Assembly: GCA_010093705.1 (NCBI GenBank)
Contig: MU006107.1
Coordinates: 480,031-532,043, forward strand
Direction of reading: 5' to 3'
Length of the DNA: 52,013 nt
Source of the DNA: Patellaria atrata CBS 101060
Lineage: Eukaryota
The notes under the pieces were generated by a model. That model made no database searches, was not told the DNA's origin, and saw nothing but the letters and a program-made list of their open reading frames with translations. Shown one piece after another: positions 28,068 to 38,997 of the stretch. Each line of letters begins with the position of its first letter. Positions within the stretch are counted from its first letter, which is position 1. The position numbers were made by a program, and so were the translations under genes.

Positions 28068-28868
28068 TTAACCAGTCCACACAGGAGGTCCAGGCGGGAC
28101 ATATGCATTAGGTTGAATACTTCCAAGGTTCACCAATATTCCGGGATCATTGCTCTTATATGCTCCGGGAAATGATACAAGGGGACCCGGTGTTCCGTTC
28201 CCCCCTCCTGTAACCTTGATTTGTGAACATGAAAGATAGAATTGAGCTTTGTTCGCTTGCATAGCCATGTGCAGAGCAATATGCTCTACACGAAGGAGGT
28301 ATTCGCCGTCAGGGGTACTGCTTGGAATCGTAGCATCTACCGTAACATAGTCATCTAAGAAACAGGTAAGATTCAACTATACTCTCACGGTAAATGAACG
28401 TCTAGACTCCTTACTCTGACCTGGCCATGTCATCTGTTTGTTATTGTCTACTGTCGGCATAGTCGTCTTAATCTTAAACCAAACGGCACCAGCGCCGTCC
28501 CAAGTCGATGCTGACTGGCCCGCAGGGACTTTGGCAAGATAGTATTGGGTCGGTCCAGGATGATTGACCTGTTGCGTCGAGACGTAGTGGATAGTTGCGC
28601 CAGCAGGGACAGTCATGATACTTCCAGCATTTTGCGATTGATAGCAACGAATGTCCCCATTTGTTGGATTTTCAATACCCTGTTTGCTTTGCGCATTCTT
28701 CGTCATGCGTGTCGCGGCCCAGTCTTTCTCCTCAGCCCTTCCATTGACGACAAGTCTTGGAAATGTATCTAGAAATGTTAGAATTTTCCATCTATAGAGA
28801 GTTAGTATCCACATACAATGAGCTTGGACCGCTGAGGCAGCTAGTAGTAGAGTGGTGATGAACTGCAT
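28068..28868 (-). CDS. AA9 (GH61) lytic polysaccharide monooxygenase, exons 28868-28817, 28768-28415, 28354-28068
   Basis: Signal peptide then N-terminal His (AVQA/HYTFP), second His in VNHPGP, EHIALH-x8-QFY motif, C-terminal PPGPPVW. Confidence 0.93.
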
Positions 28869-30429
28869 CTTGAATTCTTTATCGCAAAGATGAGAGGTCT
28901 GTGGCCAAAGTGCAGTTGCAAGCTATCTTATATCCGTTTTAGTGACTCGATTTCAGGATGAGGAAGTATAGATAGAGCCAGGATATAGAAATATTAATAT
29001 GGTGTTGTTCTTGGTTATCTATTTTCTCTTTCAGAGTATCCCTAATTGGAAATGTATTTGAGGACAATCTGGGCATAACATGGATAAATCGTGGGGAAAC
29101 CTTGTTAGTCTGCTTGATTACGATCAGATGGACACCTATTTTAATTTGAAAATACCTAGTATTTCTCAAAGACCTGGCCCGCGTAAGGATTCAAGCTATG
29201 ACAGAGGTTACATTTTTATTAATAGTGTTAAAACGGAGAATTAGAGGTAAGGTTCCTGATGTTGTCCTCAATACCAAGAATTTCGCAAAGAAGTTATTAG
29301 ACTTGGGGGAGTTGTTGCAACATTTATTGAGAAAGGATATTCAAAAGACCTAGCGGATAGGACATGCATAATTTCTTGTTCTTCTGTTCCCAACTTGACT
29401 CGGGTAGACTACGCCAGAAGTTTTCTGGATATTTGACAAAACAGACACATGGATTTGCATAAGGGGAAGGACTATGCAGAGACACTCACCTCGTAATCCC
29501 CACCCTTTTAAAGCACCAGGATTAAAGGTCAAACTCCCCGTAATACTCTGGAATACCAAGACCGGCCCAAGTTCTTGACTAATTAGCACCCCTTGTCGGC
29601 TACGTCGAGCCTTAAACCTCTGCACTCTTGCTTTTAAGCCCGCTAGTGGAGAATCTGAATCGACACCCGGCCCTATAGACATTCTGAGAGCGAGGGAAGC
29701 GTCGCCGACGTCATCAATGTACTTGCATTCTCGTGCGACAAGGGCTATTCGACTTCACGGTCATTTTGGCCGATCTGTAGATGTAATCTGCGTCCATATC
29801 CTCTACCAAGGCTCGTGGGTTGTGGTAGAGAGCTCACTTCTCATTCTAAGACGCAGAATCTTTACCATCAACAGAGGCAAAAAAGCCTGGTTTCCAAATT
29901 TCTAACAAGAACCGAATGGCGCACAGTCACAATGTTTCTGCAATCAACCCTTATGGGGAACTCAACGACATCCGCCTCTGTCTTTCAATCGACGACCCAG
30001 ATAACCAGAGCTCATGCTCGCACACCATCAAGTCTGGTTAGGGGCGTGCACAGAATATTCTCCTAGGGCGGAATATAGAGATATGATTCTGTCACGCGTT
30101 AATCTACATCTCCTAGTTAAATCTTGCATCCATTTCTTCGTATAACCCTTCTTTGGCTCGGTAGATATGACAGTGGTCTTTTATCTACTTCCTTGGGGAG
30201 TCTGATTGATATACAGGAACTTCTTTGAGGAGGAAGGCGTAGATATAGATTTTATAGAGGAACTATGGGGTGTGGATGCCGGTGATGGAGAAGTCGAGGC
30301 CGATATATAGTTACCGAGTGATTTTTTGGCTCGTAGGGCTAAGCTTCCTAGGTGCGGCCCTTCGAGGAGCGAGCTCCCTGTGCCCAGGATCACTTGGAGG
30401 TTGTAGTCTCCTATGATCTGTTTGCTCTT

Positions 30430-31190
30430 CATCTCGACGTTGCGTTAACGAGACTCTTGAAATGATCGCTCATAAGTATCTCGGTTCTGCTCGATGAACG
30501 CCACATTTAGAAGTATGGCTTCTGTGTCGGCATAACCCTTCTTTGACAAGTAATCGAGCACTATATCATTTACACTTTGCTAGGTTGCCACTGGATGTGC
30601 GAAAACTTTGGTCTTCTTCGTCTCGTCTTCCCGTTGAGCTTGGTAGTTCTGCGCTCCTTGCTGGTAAAGTCCCAGCCGCCGTGCTCAAATAGAGGAGTAT
30701 CGGGCTCATTTGTTTCCATCCGATCCTTGATGTCCTGTTTCTTGAATCTAGCCACCGTGAGCACGTCCAACTTTACAGAGGCAGCTTCCGAAATACTCGG
30801 ATATGCTTCCGCGCATACCTCGGAGAGCAATTCGAGCGTATTGGTGTTCCCGATCTGTTGCATGCCAAAAGCCAACATTCCTCTCTATCTCACAACAGGA
30901 CTCTTCGCCTTGGTGATTTCTTGTAATCCATCAGTGAAGCAGTAAAGCTCATTGACGAGCACTTCAAATTTCTTCTTGACGTGGACGACCCAACGAATCT
31001 ATTTGACTCCTTTCGCTTTTGCTCCCTTACCGATGACTAAGAGTGGTTCGGAATGAAAAGGCCTGAGGGGTTCTCTGCGAGATCTTCGACCGAGCTCCAA
31101 TTTGCCCGCTTTAGTGGATTTTGAGGGGCTAGGCCGGTGATAGATAGTCTTGTTACCGCCGGTTTCCGATTTGCTTGTTTGTGTCCTCAA
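30430..31190 (-). pseudogene. Degenerate HeLo-like (prion-inhibition/HET-S N-terminal type) domain gene followed by a LisH-like motif
   Basis: One frame reads VK*IRWVVHVKKKFEVLVNELYCFTDGLQEIT...VR*RGMLAFGMQQIGNTNTLELLSEVCAEAYPSISEAASVKL; after a frameshift SVNDIVLDYLSKKGYADTEAILL. In-frame stops present. Confidence 0.55.
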
Positions 31191-31420
31191 AGAGTGCAGC
31201 AGTCATTGTTAATGTTCGGTGATTAATGGTTTGAATTGAGTTTGTCGTAATGTTGGCTACAAGTTCTCGTCAGTCATCTGTTACGGCCACGGACCATGAG
31301 GAAGTGCAGGAGAGGAATGGGGAAGAAGGGGGACCACTCGGAGGAACTGCGGTAAAACAAAAGTCACGTGATGCGATCGATACTTGAGTGCGAGCGAGCA
31401 CCGTGCATAGGAAACAGGAC

Positions 31421-31528
31421 TGTGAAGAAGGAATACTTGAGTTAAGGAGTCAGCAAGTTATATCATAACTTGAAGTGCAAACCTTTACACGTTCTATCAC
31501 GAAGCGGAAACCAAACCCTTCTTTCACA
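31421..31528 (+). mobile_element. Short solo-LTR-like remnant (internally deleted relative to the inverted copy downstream)
   Basis: TGTGAAGAAG...CTTCTTTCACA termini; shares TGTGAAGAAGGAATACTT and AAGGAGTCAGCAAGTT.TATC.ATAACTTGAAGTGC with the minus-strand copy. Confidence 0.55.
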
Positions 31529-31825
31529 TAAAGGAGGAGACTCCCCAGTGAGAAACCCTGCGCGTCGTTAGACTTGTCTTGTTCTGTCTTGACAGGTATA
31601 AACTACCGCCGTTTAATATAACCTCGTATTTGAAATCCTTTCTATCGGTGGGGTCGACTTTAATCTAAACCTTATCATTAAACATCCTAGATCGTTCTTA
31701 GGGCTAATAAAACTCACCATTGATATAAGAGAACTCGTTGTTACAACGGGAGTCTATACTTATCGAGACAGAATAGGATAAGTCTAGAAACGCGCCTGGC
31801 TTCTCACTTAACGTGGTCAACCACT

Positions 31826-32076
31826 AGGGTAGTTTCCGCAAGTGATAGGGTTCGTATAACAAAGGCACTTCAAGTTATCGATACAACTTGCTGACTCCTT
31901 GACTTCTTGGTGATGCTCACAATGGGACAAGACGGGCTGTATGGAAACAGCGTAACAAGAGAAGTCAAGTTCAAAACCGTAACATCCGAATCTATGGTTA
32001 AGATTAATGGTAAGAATAACTACGAAGAATCTAAATACATGCTTAAAGGAGCGTCCTTAAGTATTCCTTCTTCACA
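31826..32076 (-). mobile_element. Longer copy of the same LTR-like repeat in inverted orientation
   Basis: Minus strand from 32076 begins TGTGAAGAAGGAATACTT; 31865-31904 is the near reverse complement of 31440-31477. Confidence 0.55.
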
Positions 32077-32335
32077 GTCTTATTTTCCCTGGCTAGCTGT
32101 GGTCAGTGGCCAACACCTCTGTCCTCCTCTGGACACTGGCCATGTCACGTGACCTTAACTTCCGTCCTAGTTGTTCCGATCCGTCGCCTGGTGCTATACC
32201 CCCAGTGATGCATCCCTATCATTTTGTGGCCGTAACACTTGTGTGAGATTACAGATTACTCAAAATCGTCGCTTAATTATTTAATAACAATTTTAACGAG
32301 TGTTTAAATATATGAGAATAATGTTATAACGGGAG

Positions 32336-32481
32336 TTGTTAGTTAAACTGGATCTGCAGGTGCACTGAATATATCGCTTAATTCTTAAAAGAGTGGCTCT
32401 CTCTAGCTATTATATACTACAGGTATATACTAAAACGGATAGAATGTTATAAAATATGTCTTAGAAAAAAGCAAAAATGGA
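32336..32481 (-). mobile_element. Truncated, RIP-like mutated copy of the TGTTAGAT...ATCTAACA short repeat family
   Basis: Reverse complement matches the GCACCTGCAGATCCAGTTTA end and the interior of 50091-50382; interrupted by the pogo element. Confidence 0.7.
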
Positions 32482-32483
32482 TA

Positions 32484-34462
32484 ACGTTATTGATTATCGA
32501 GCCGGCCAGATCATCGAGTCGGCCACTTTCCGACCACGTCGCGACCTTCAACTCTAAACCCTACCACAACAAAACAAAAACAATGTCTTCGCAAATCCAA
32601 GAATCTAAAATCATCCTTGTCATCGAGGCTATCCAGGCAGCAAAAAATATGTCTATCCGAACTGCTGCGAAGACGTATAATGTCCCCCGAACGACCCTTA
32701 CCGATCGAGTCAACGGACGCGTCGCGAGACCCGAGAAACGAAACGCCCGGTACAATTTGACCCTCAACGAAGAAGAAATGATTATTAAGTACGTACTCGA
32801 CTAAGATTCGCGAGGGTTTCCCCCCCGGATCGATAGCGTTGAAGATATGGCGAATCTCCTCCTCGCGTCGCGTCACGCACAACGAGTCGGCAAGAAATGG
32901 CCATACCGCTTTATAGAACGCCGTCGAGAGCTTAAGACGCGTTTCTCTCGCGCATACGACTTCCAGCGAATCCTCTGTGAAGATCCTAAGTTGATTGAGG
33001 ACTGGTTTCTACTTGTGGCCAATATGCGCGCAAAGTATAGTATCCAAGATTGCGACTTCTATAACTTTGATGAGACGGGCTTTGTGATAGGGGCTATCTG
33101 TGACAGTATAGTCATTACACGTGCCGATCGACGTAGCCGAAGCTAGCAACTCCAACCAGGTAATCGGGAATGGGCGACTGTGATTGAGTGCGTGGCAAGC
33201 GATGGCTTTTGTATCCCTCCATTCCTCATTGTCTAAGGCGTCAATCACCTCGCGTCTTCGTATACGAAATGTGACCTCCCCCCTCCTTGGGTCATTACGA
33301 CGACTCCTAATGGCTGTACCGATAATGATACGGCCCTTGAATGGATTAGGCACTTCGATAAACATACTAAGGTCCGGCAACAAGGACTCTATCGGATGAT
33401 TGTCCTTGACGGCCATGATAGCCACTTATCTGCCTAGTTTGAGAAATTCTATAAGGCTAACAATATTATTACGCTTTGCCTACCTGCACACTCCTCCCAC
33501 CTTACCCAGCCTTTAGATGTTGGGTGCTTTAGTGTATTGAAATGGCTATATAGTCGGGAACTTAAGGAATATATCAAAGCTCATATCACCTATATTACTA
33601 AGACGGAGTTCTTTATTGCATTCAAAGCCGCCCACTTTAACCCAATAACGCCCCAAAATATCAAGGCTGGCTTCCGAGGTACTGGCCTAGTACCATATAA
33701 CCCTCAAGTTGTAATATCGAAGCTAGATATCAAGTTACGGACACCAACACCTACCAGCTCCCCGCTCCCTAAGGCTGACCTATGGGCCTCCCAGACTCCA
33801 TATAGCCCAATAGAGGCCATTTCACAGTCCGAATATATACGAATTCGAATCTCTAGGCATCAAGGAAGCTCTCCAACTCATATTTTCGGCGATATCATGA
33901 TTAGCGAAAGGTACGGAGCTGATTGCCCATGAGATGACCCCTTTAGGTAACCGGGTACATACCCTTGAAAAGGCTAACGAGGCCCTTTCAAAATATCGCA
34001 CCTGACTAAGCACTCAGTCGGGTATATATGCTGTCCTCCTCTAGTCTCCTCTGGATCAGACACTTCAATCTACATTCTTCACTTTACATGCCCTTACCAC
34101 CTTACACAAAACGATGAAGAGCTAAAAAGACGCGCTTACGAGTTGGAGGTGCACTTACTGTAGAGGATGCACAGGATCTAATTGCTTAGAAGGACGCTGG
34201 TCGACAGAAATCAGGTGAGAAGTTAGTGGAAGGAGGTGATAAAGAAACTAGAACTATCGACTTTACGGCACTATAGGAAGTGCGGTAAGAGTGGCATAAT
34301 ATAAGAACCTGCCAGGAGGTTAAGGAGACGTTAGATGAAGTTAGTTCAATTGATTATAATTTGTTTTTAAAATATTGGGGTTGCGTAATTGAATTAGGAA
34401 GTTGCAGCGTGGTCGGAAAGTGGCCGACTCGATGATCTGGCCGGCTCGATGATCAACCACGT
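32484..34462 (+). mobile_element. Pogo/Fot1-type Tc1-mariner DNA transposon, full length but inactivated by RIP-like mutation
   Basis: About 55-bp terminal inverted repeats (ACGT..TTGATYATCGAGCCGGCCAGATCATCGAGTCGGCCACTTTCCGACCACG), TA target duplication at 32482-3 and 34463-4; transposase motifs YNVPRTTL, YNFDETGF, LDGHDSH, HLTQPLDVGCF with several TAG/TAA stops. Confidence 0.95.
33994..34106. mobile_element. 113-bp solo LTR inserted in the pogo transposase
   Basis: CAAAA duplicated at 33989-33993 and 34107-34111; termini TA(=mutated TG)...CA; removal restores EKANEALSKR-RAKKTRLR. Confidence 0.8.
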
Positions 34463-34464
34463 TA

Positions 34465-34602
34465 TAATATGGATCTGGATTTCCTGGATTTTTTGAGTAT
34501 CGAATCCGAATCCAATCCACGACTAGTCGAATCCAAATCCACGTCAAATCGCGTTGAAAATCCAGTCAAGATCCACCTGAATCCAATCCACGGCCATCAC
34601 TG
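34465..34602 (-). mobile_element. Terminus of a hAT-like DNA transposon remnant
   Basis: Minus strand starts CAGTGATGGCCGTGGATTGGATT followed by multiple GGATT/AATCC subterminal repeats in both orientations. Confidence 0.5.
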
Positions 34603-35380
34603 CTTTCAGATGCTGGAGTTGCTCACATTTGTCACCGATACCTAACTGTAAAATCTTCAATTATATTGTAGAAATACCAAATCTGGGGATTGAGAGTTCA
34701 AGCCTCTACGAACTAACCAGTCAAACATCTTCGGACAAATCTTAAATTCGCGACCAGGAGTTGTTATATATTTGGCGATAGAGTTTAGAAACACAACCAA
34801 TCAGAACCAGCTAAGGTATATCAGTATATATTACGAACCACCTATTCTCCAGATGTCGTTTACACCTATATAGCTAATGTCATAGTAGTATCTTGTCTCG
34901 CCGACGCCCGCTCCATACTTTTGCGACTTTTACAACAGCGTGCATTAATCTACTAACCTCCACGGTGCGGTAAGATCTTAATCTACCGTTCGATATGTAA
35001 TAACAGTTGTTAGGATAGCGATATGCTTCCCCTCATTTTCCAGTCGGGTAAATTGTCGTGTATTTGGTTATTGAAATTGAGGATCACGTAAGGTGGCTGA
35101 ATGTCTGAAACGGCTGGAGGCCATAGCAATTGAAATGGCTGAATAGGAAATACTATAAGATGGAATGTCACCCACATGATAGTTTACAATCAATGAACAC
35201 TTTACACTCTTCTATCTACTATCTCAGCTCATACCTGTGTGTATTCAAACATTGGTAGAGTCTAGTTCACTGGAATCTGGTGAATATATACGAGGCGAGT
35301 GGTTTAAGGAAAATGGTTCCTCTCCTCAACGCATCTTAAAGTCAAATTAGGTTAGACTGAAGAGGATTGTACAATTCATA

Positions 35381-36410
35381 ATGCTTTGGCATACCCTCAC
35401 CGTCGCGGCGTCACTGCTCGCCAGCGTAGCCGGCCATGGAGGCATCAGCAAATACACTATCAACGGCATTGAGTATAATGGGTAACGTAGCCCCTGTTTC
35501 TCTTTAAGGATAAAATCTAAAAGCCCTCCAAGCAACATCCCCTATGCTCCTGATGCAGGTCAAGAGAGCATTCAAAGACGATGGTATCCCAACCCGATCG
35601 AAGATTTTCGCAGTCCAGCCATGACCTGTAACCGTGCTGGTGATGGACTTGCCGCCAAAAACCCTACCACTTACGCTCATATCAAAGCTGGGGATACTAT
35701 CAATGTATACTACGACCGTAATTACGAATGCAATGATCTACCCGACGGCTCTAATAAGACAGCATGCTCCTACTTCCAGCGCACATGGGTACACTGTGCG
35801 GGTCCAATCATGGTATACATGGCAAACTGTAATGGGCCTTGTGAAAAGTTCGACGGTAAAGGAAAGGTCTGGTTTAAGATTCAACAGGCAGGGTTAAAAC
35901 CCGATGGTCGATTGAACACTTGCGATTTTGCACAGTGGGAAGCGACCCAACGGGGTAGGGAGCAGCATGGAGTTCTATACAAGGGTTGGCCCGTTGTAAT
36001 CCCCCAGAATCTGAAACCAGGAAACTACCTGATCAGGCACGAGATACTGATGATCGAGTTGAACCCAGTTCAGGCATACCCGAATTGCGCAAACTTGGAA
36101 ATAAGTGGCACAGGAGATTCGGTACCGCCTGAGGAGTATTTGGTGGAGTTTCCTGGCACTTACTCAATGAATGGTATGTGACTGTGGAGATGACGAATAT
36201 ATATGCGAAGATATGTTTGCTGATATTCAAACAGAGCCCGGACTTGCCATTGCTGGGCTGCTGTATGGACCTGAATTGAGAAATGTCTCTGTAAGTGGGA
36301 CAAATTTTGTAGAGTTTTTGCAAAAGCTAACTCACATGTAGAATTATACTCTTCCCGGCCCAAAGATTTGGGAAGGATTTGACCCCCAGGAATGGAACTG
36401 GACTTCATAG
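35381..36410 (+). CDS. Atypical AA9 LPMO, exons about 35381-35481, 35533-36174, 36235-36290, 36342-36410
   Basis: Signal peptide then His (SVAG/HGG), MTCN, WVHCAGPIMVYMA, VWFKI, PGNYLIRHE, QAYPNC, LPGPKIW; canonical introns. Confidence 0.88.
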
Positions 36411-36717
36411 CTCTCGTAAGGACGACAAGCTCTTCAAAACATGATCATTACAGATATATAACTCTATATAGTGCTCTAAGATTAAACACAGACCCTAAAA
36501 CCTCTGAATAATCTGCTAAATGCATCATCCTTGACGTGATCTCAAGGATTTCTGCCTTGATATGCCTCTTAAAGCGGTTACTGGAATATACAATCTAATA
36601 TTCGGGTTTAAGCATTGAGAGAAGAGGGAATGATAATACCTGAGTATAGGATAGTGCGTAAGCTGTATTGTGAAGATGAGATACAAAATGAACGGAAGAT
36701 GTGTACGATCTTCCAAG

Positions 36718-36915
36718 TGTTAGATGGTGGAGCTGTCGGAGGTGCTAGTGTCAGATTGCTGCAGTAGCTGAAAAGATGCATGGCTTGATTCTCAAAAGAG
36801 TGGTTCTATCTAGCTGTTATATACTGCAAGTATGTACCAAAAAGGACGGAATAGTATGAAATCTATGTCTTAAAAAACAGTAAAAATAGGTACCAACAGT
36901 AAGAACTAAGAGATA
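36718..36915 (+). mobile_element. Composite remnant of the TGTTAGATGG / TGTCAGATTG short repeat family
   Basis: Starts TGTTAGATGGTGGAGCT like 50091; from about 36749 matches 45554 onward (TGTCAGATTGCTGCAGT.GCTGAAAAG.TGCATGGCTTGATTCTCAAA). Confidence 0.7.
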
Positions 36916-37191
36916 GTCCTATAACAAGATGTATGGCATAGAAATGGAAATTAGAAAAGAGATGGTGAAGAGGAAGAAAGACGGTTTTCCAACAATTTCC
37001 TTTATATGGAATAAAAAAAAACAGTGGGTTAAATTACTAAAGACTTCAATAAGCATATAAGGGCCCTGAAAAGGGATTTATGTATATAGGGAGTTGCGCC
37101 ATAGCTTGAAAGCTGCATGCGCAGTATTGTAGATAATACAATATAATGGAAAAAAAAAATAAAAATAAAATCTAGTTATCTTTTGTAGAAT

Positions 37192-37530
37192 CTATTCTTC
37201 TACTCTATTTACGTCTCCTGCATGCATTAGCCATCTAGCAGTAGAAATTTCAGTTCTTTCTATATATTTTAGTAACACTTGTTTACCTAACTTTGTGCAA
37301 AAAAGCTTTGTCATTGTTAGATCTGATCTGAGTAGTTTTCTCATTTCTTTACGTTCTCTAGAGTAGTTAGAGCAATGTAAGATAAGGTGTGTTGTGTTTG
37401 AAGTGATTGGCAGTTTCCAAAGCACTTCCCTTCCTCATCTTTTCCAATCACCTTAGAGTAAGACTTAAAGAATCCAATACCAGTCTTGAGTTGGATGTAG
37501 GCCGCTTGGAGCTTTTTCTGTAAATTGGAC
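37192..37530 (-). mobile_element. 3' remnant of a Tad1-like LINE ORF2
   Basis: QAAYIQLKTGIGFFKSY...C..C...HLILHCSNY...LLKYIERTEI, the Cys/His C-terminus typical of fungal LINEs. Confidence 0.7.
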
Positions 37531-37798
37531 TGTTGAAGTATGGGTCCCCTGTTAGACTGAAGATCTTGGTGGAAAGGATAATCAAGTATATCTCCTACTG
37601 CCTTACGCTAGTTGTTAGCATCATTCCTTTAACATAGCTGCCTAGTAGGTATCAACGCTGTTGCCTGCATGTTCTCAGTTGCCTAGTAGGCATAAACGCT
37701 GTTACCTGCATGTTCTCATGTATTTAAACGCTCTTTAGAACAGTCATTAAACAATCGAGCGATTATCTTGATCATTTTCAGCACCCTTACGTCTGACA
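37531..37798 (-). mobile_element. 268-bp solo LTR, copy A (strand relative to copy B)
   Basis: TG...CA termini, 5-bp TSD TGGAC (37526-30, 37799-803), internal about 40-bp tandem repeat; near-identical reverse complement at 44477-44744. Confidence 0.9.
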
Positions 37799-37891
37799 TG
37801 GACTTAGGTATACTAAGTGAGCAATGCAACCGGTCTCTACAGATGCGCATATAATGTTTCCCCTGTTTCTTTTTATTAGACTCCCAATTCT

Positions 37892-38299
37892 TTATATGTG
37901 GTAATTGGCAATAATAATTGGACTCACATCACTAATGATCGATGCGAAGGTGGCAGCATCAAGCTGCTTGATTTCGGACTTGTTCCACGCTTTTATACGT
38001 TCCTTGTAATCCCCAGTACTGTTCGGATCAGGAATGATCGAAACATGAACCGAAGGTTTGGGAGCCCTCCGAAAGGTAATTTGAGTGGCAAATTTGGTGC
38101 ATAACCCGCTATCACGAGGGAATGGTAAACGGGTTAGGCCTTCCAGAACAGAGCTCTTACCACTGGACTGGTCCCTAAGAACAACTAATTGGGGAAGATC
38201 TATGTATTCGCCTACATTACAAGCGAATAAATTGTCAATCTTGTCGAGTAAGACAGGATCACCAATCTTCTTGTACGTGGTGTCAGGAGCAGAAGACAT
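37892..38299 (-). pseudogene. N-terminal fragment of a dynamin/Mx-like GTPase
   Basis: LPQLVVLRDQSSGKSSVLEGLT..PFPRDSGLCTKFATQI; the first P-loop Gly reads Arg, and no downstream exons are visible beyond the repeat insertions. Confidence 0.8.
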
Positions 38300-38997
38300 T
38301 TTGTCAGTTGAGTTTCGATAGTGACCTAGTTCGTGTGTGGACTGGGGGTAAGTTAACGAGTTATTGGACCTGTGGTATGTTCAGACTTGCAGGACACTTG
38401 GTTCAGTTTTCTTCTTGCCTGTCAAGAATCTGTTGAGAAGTAGTACTGTAGGAATGATCCAGATAGAATAGAAAAACGCAATTGATGGACAGAATTGCTT
38501 TTGTAAAGATACAAACATGAAGACGGAAACTGATTGATGTGATGTTTTTGTAACATGAAGACGCAAGCTCAATAAGACTTTTGTTTTACGAAATACCCGC
38601 GCAAACTAGAACATTATGTGCGCAGCAATATTACTATGCGAGTGGTAACTAAGCATAATTAAAGCTGCATTACTTTGTCGACGAGGAAACTGATAAACGA
38701 TGTTATACATGTAAAGTTTTCTTTGATGATTGTTGCGGAGCCTTGGAAGGAGACAGACAAATTTAACGAAGCTAAGACGAAAAGGGATTAGCGACCAAGG
38801 GGCACGGCTAGCCTTAGTAAACAATCCAAACCATCCAAACAATTCAAACAATCAACCAATGCATAGACGCGTGTGAGTACGAAAGTACAGTGTTGGCATC
38901 ACACTGCATATCCCATTCCTCCAGAACGCGCTGCTCCAAAGACTTACCAAAGTATTAGTTACAACCGACTAGCAATACTCCATATCCTCGCGTATCA

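Noticed and set aside
37638..37718. CRISPR-like direct repeats
   Set aside because: Two adjacent about 40-bp tandem units inside a solo LTR, no spacers, eukaryotic context.
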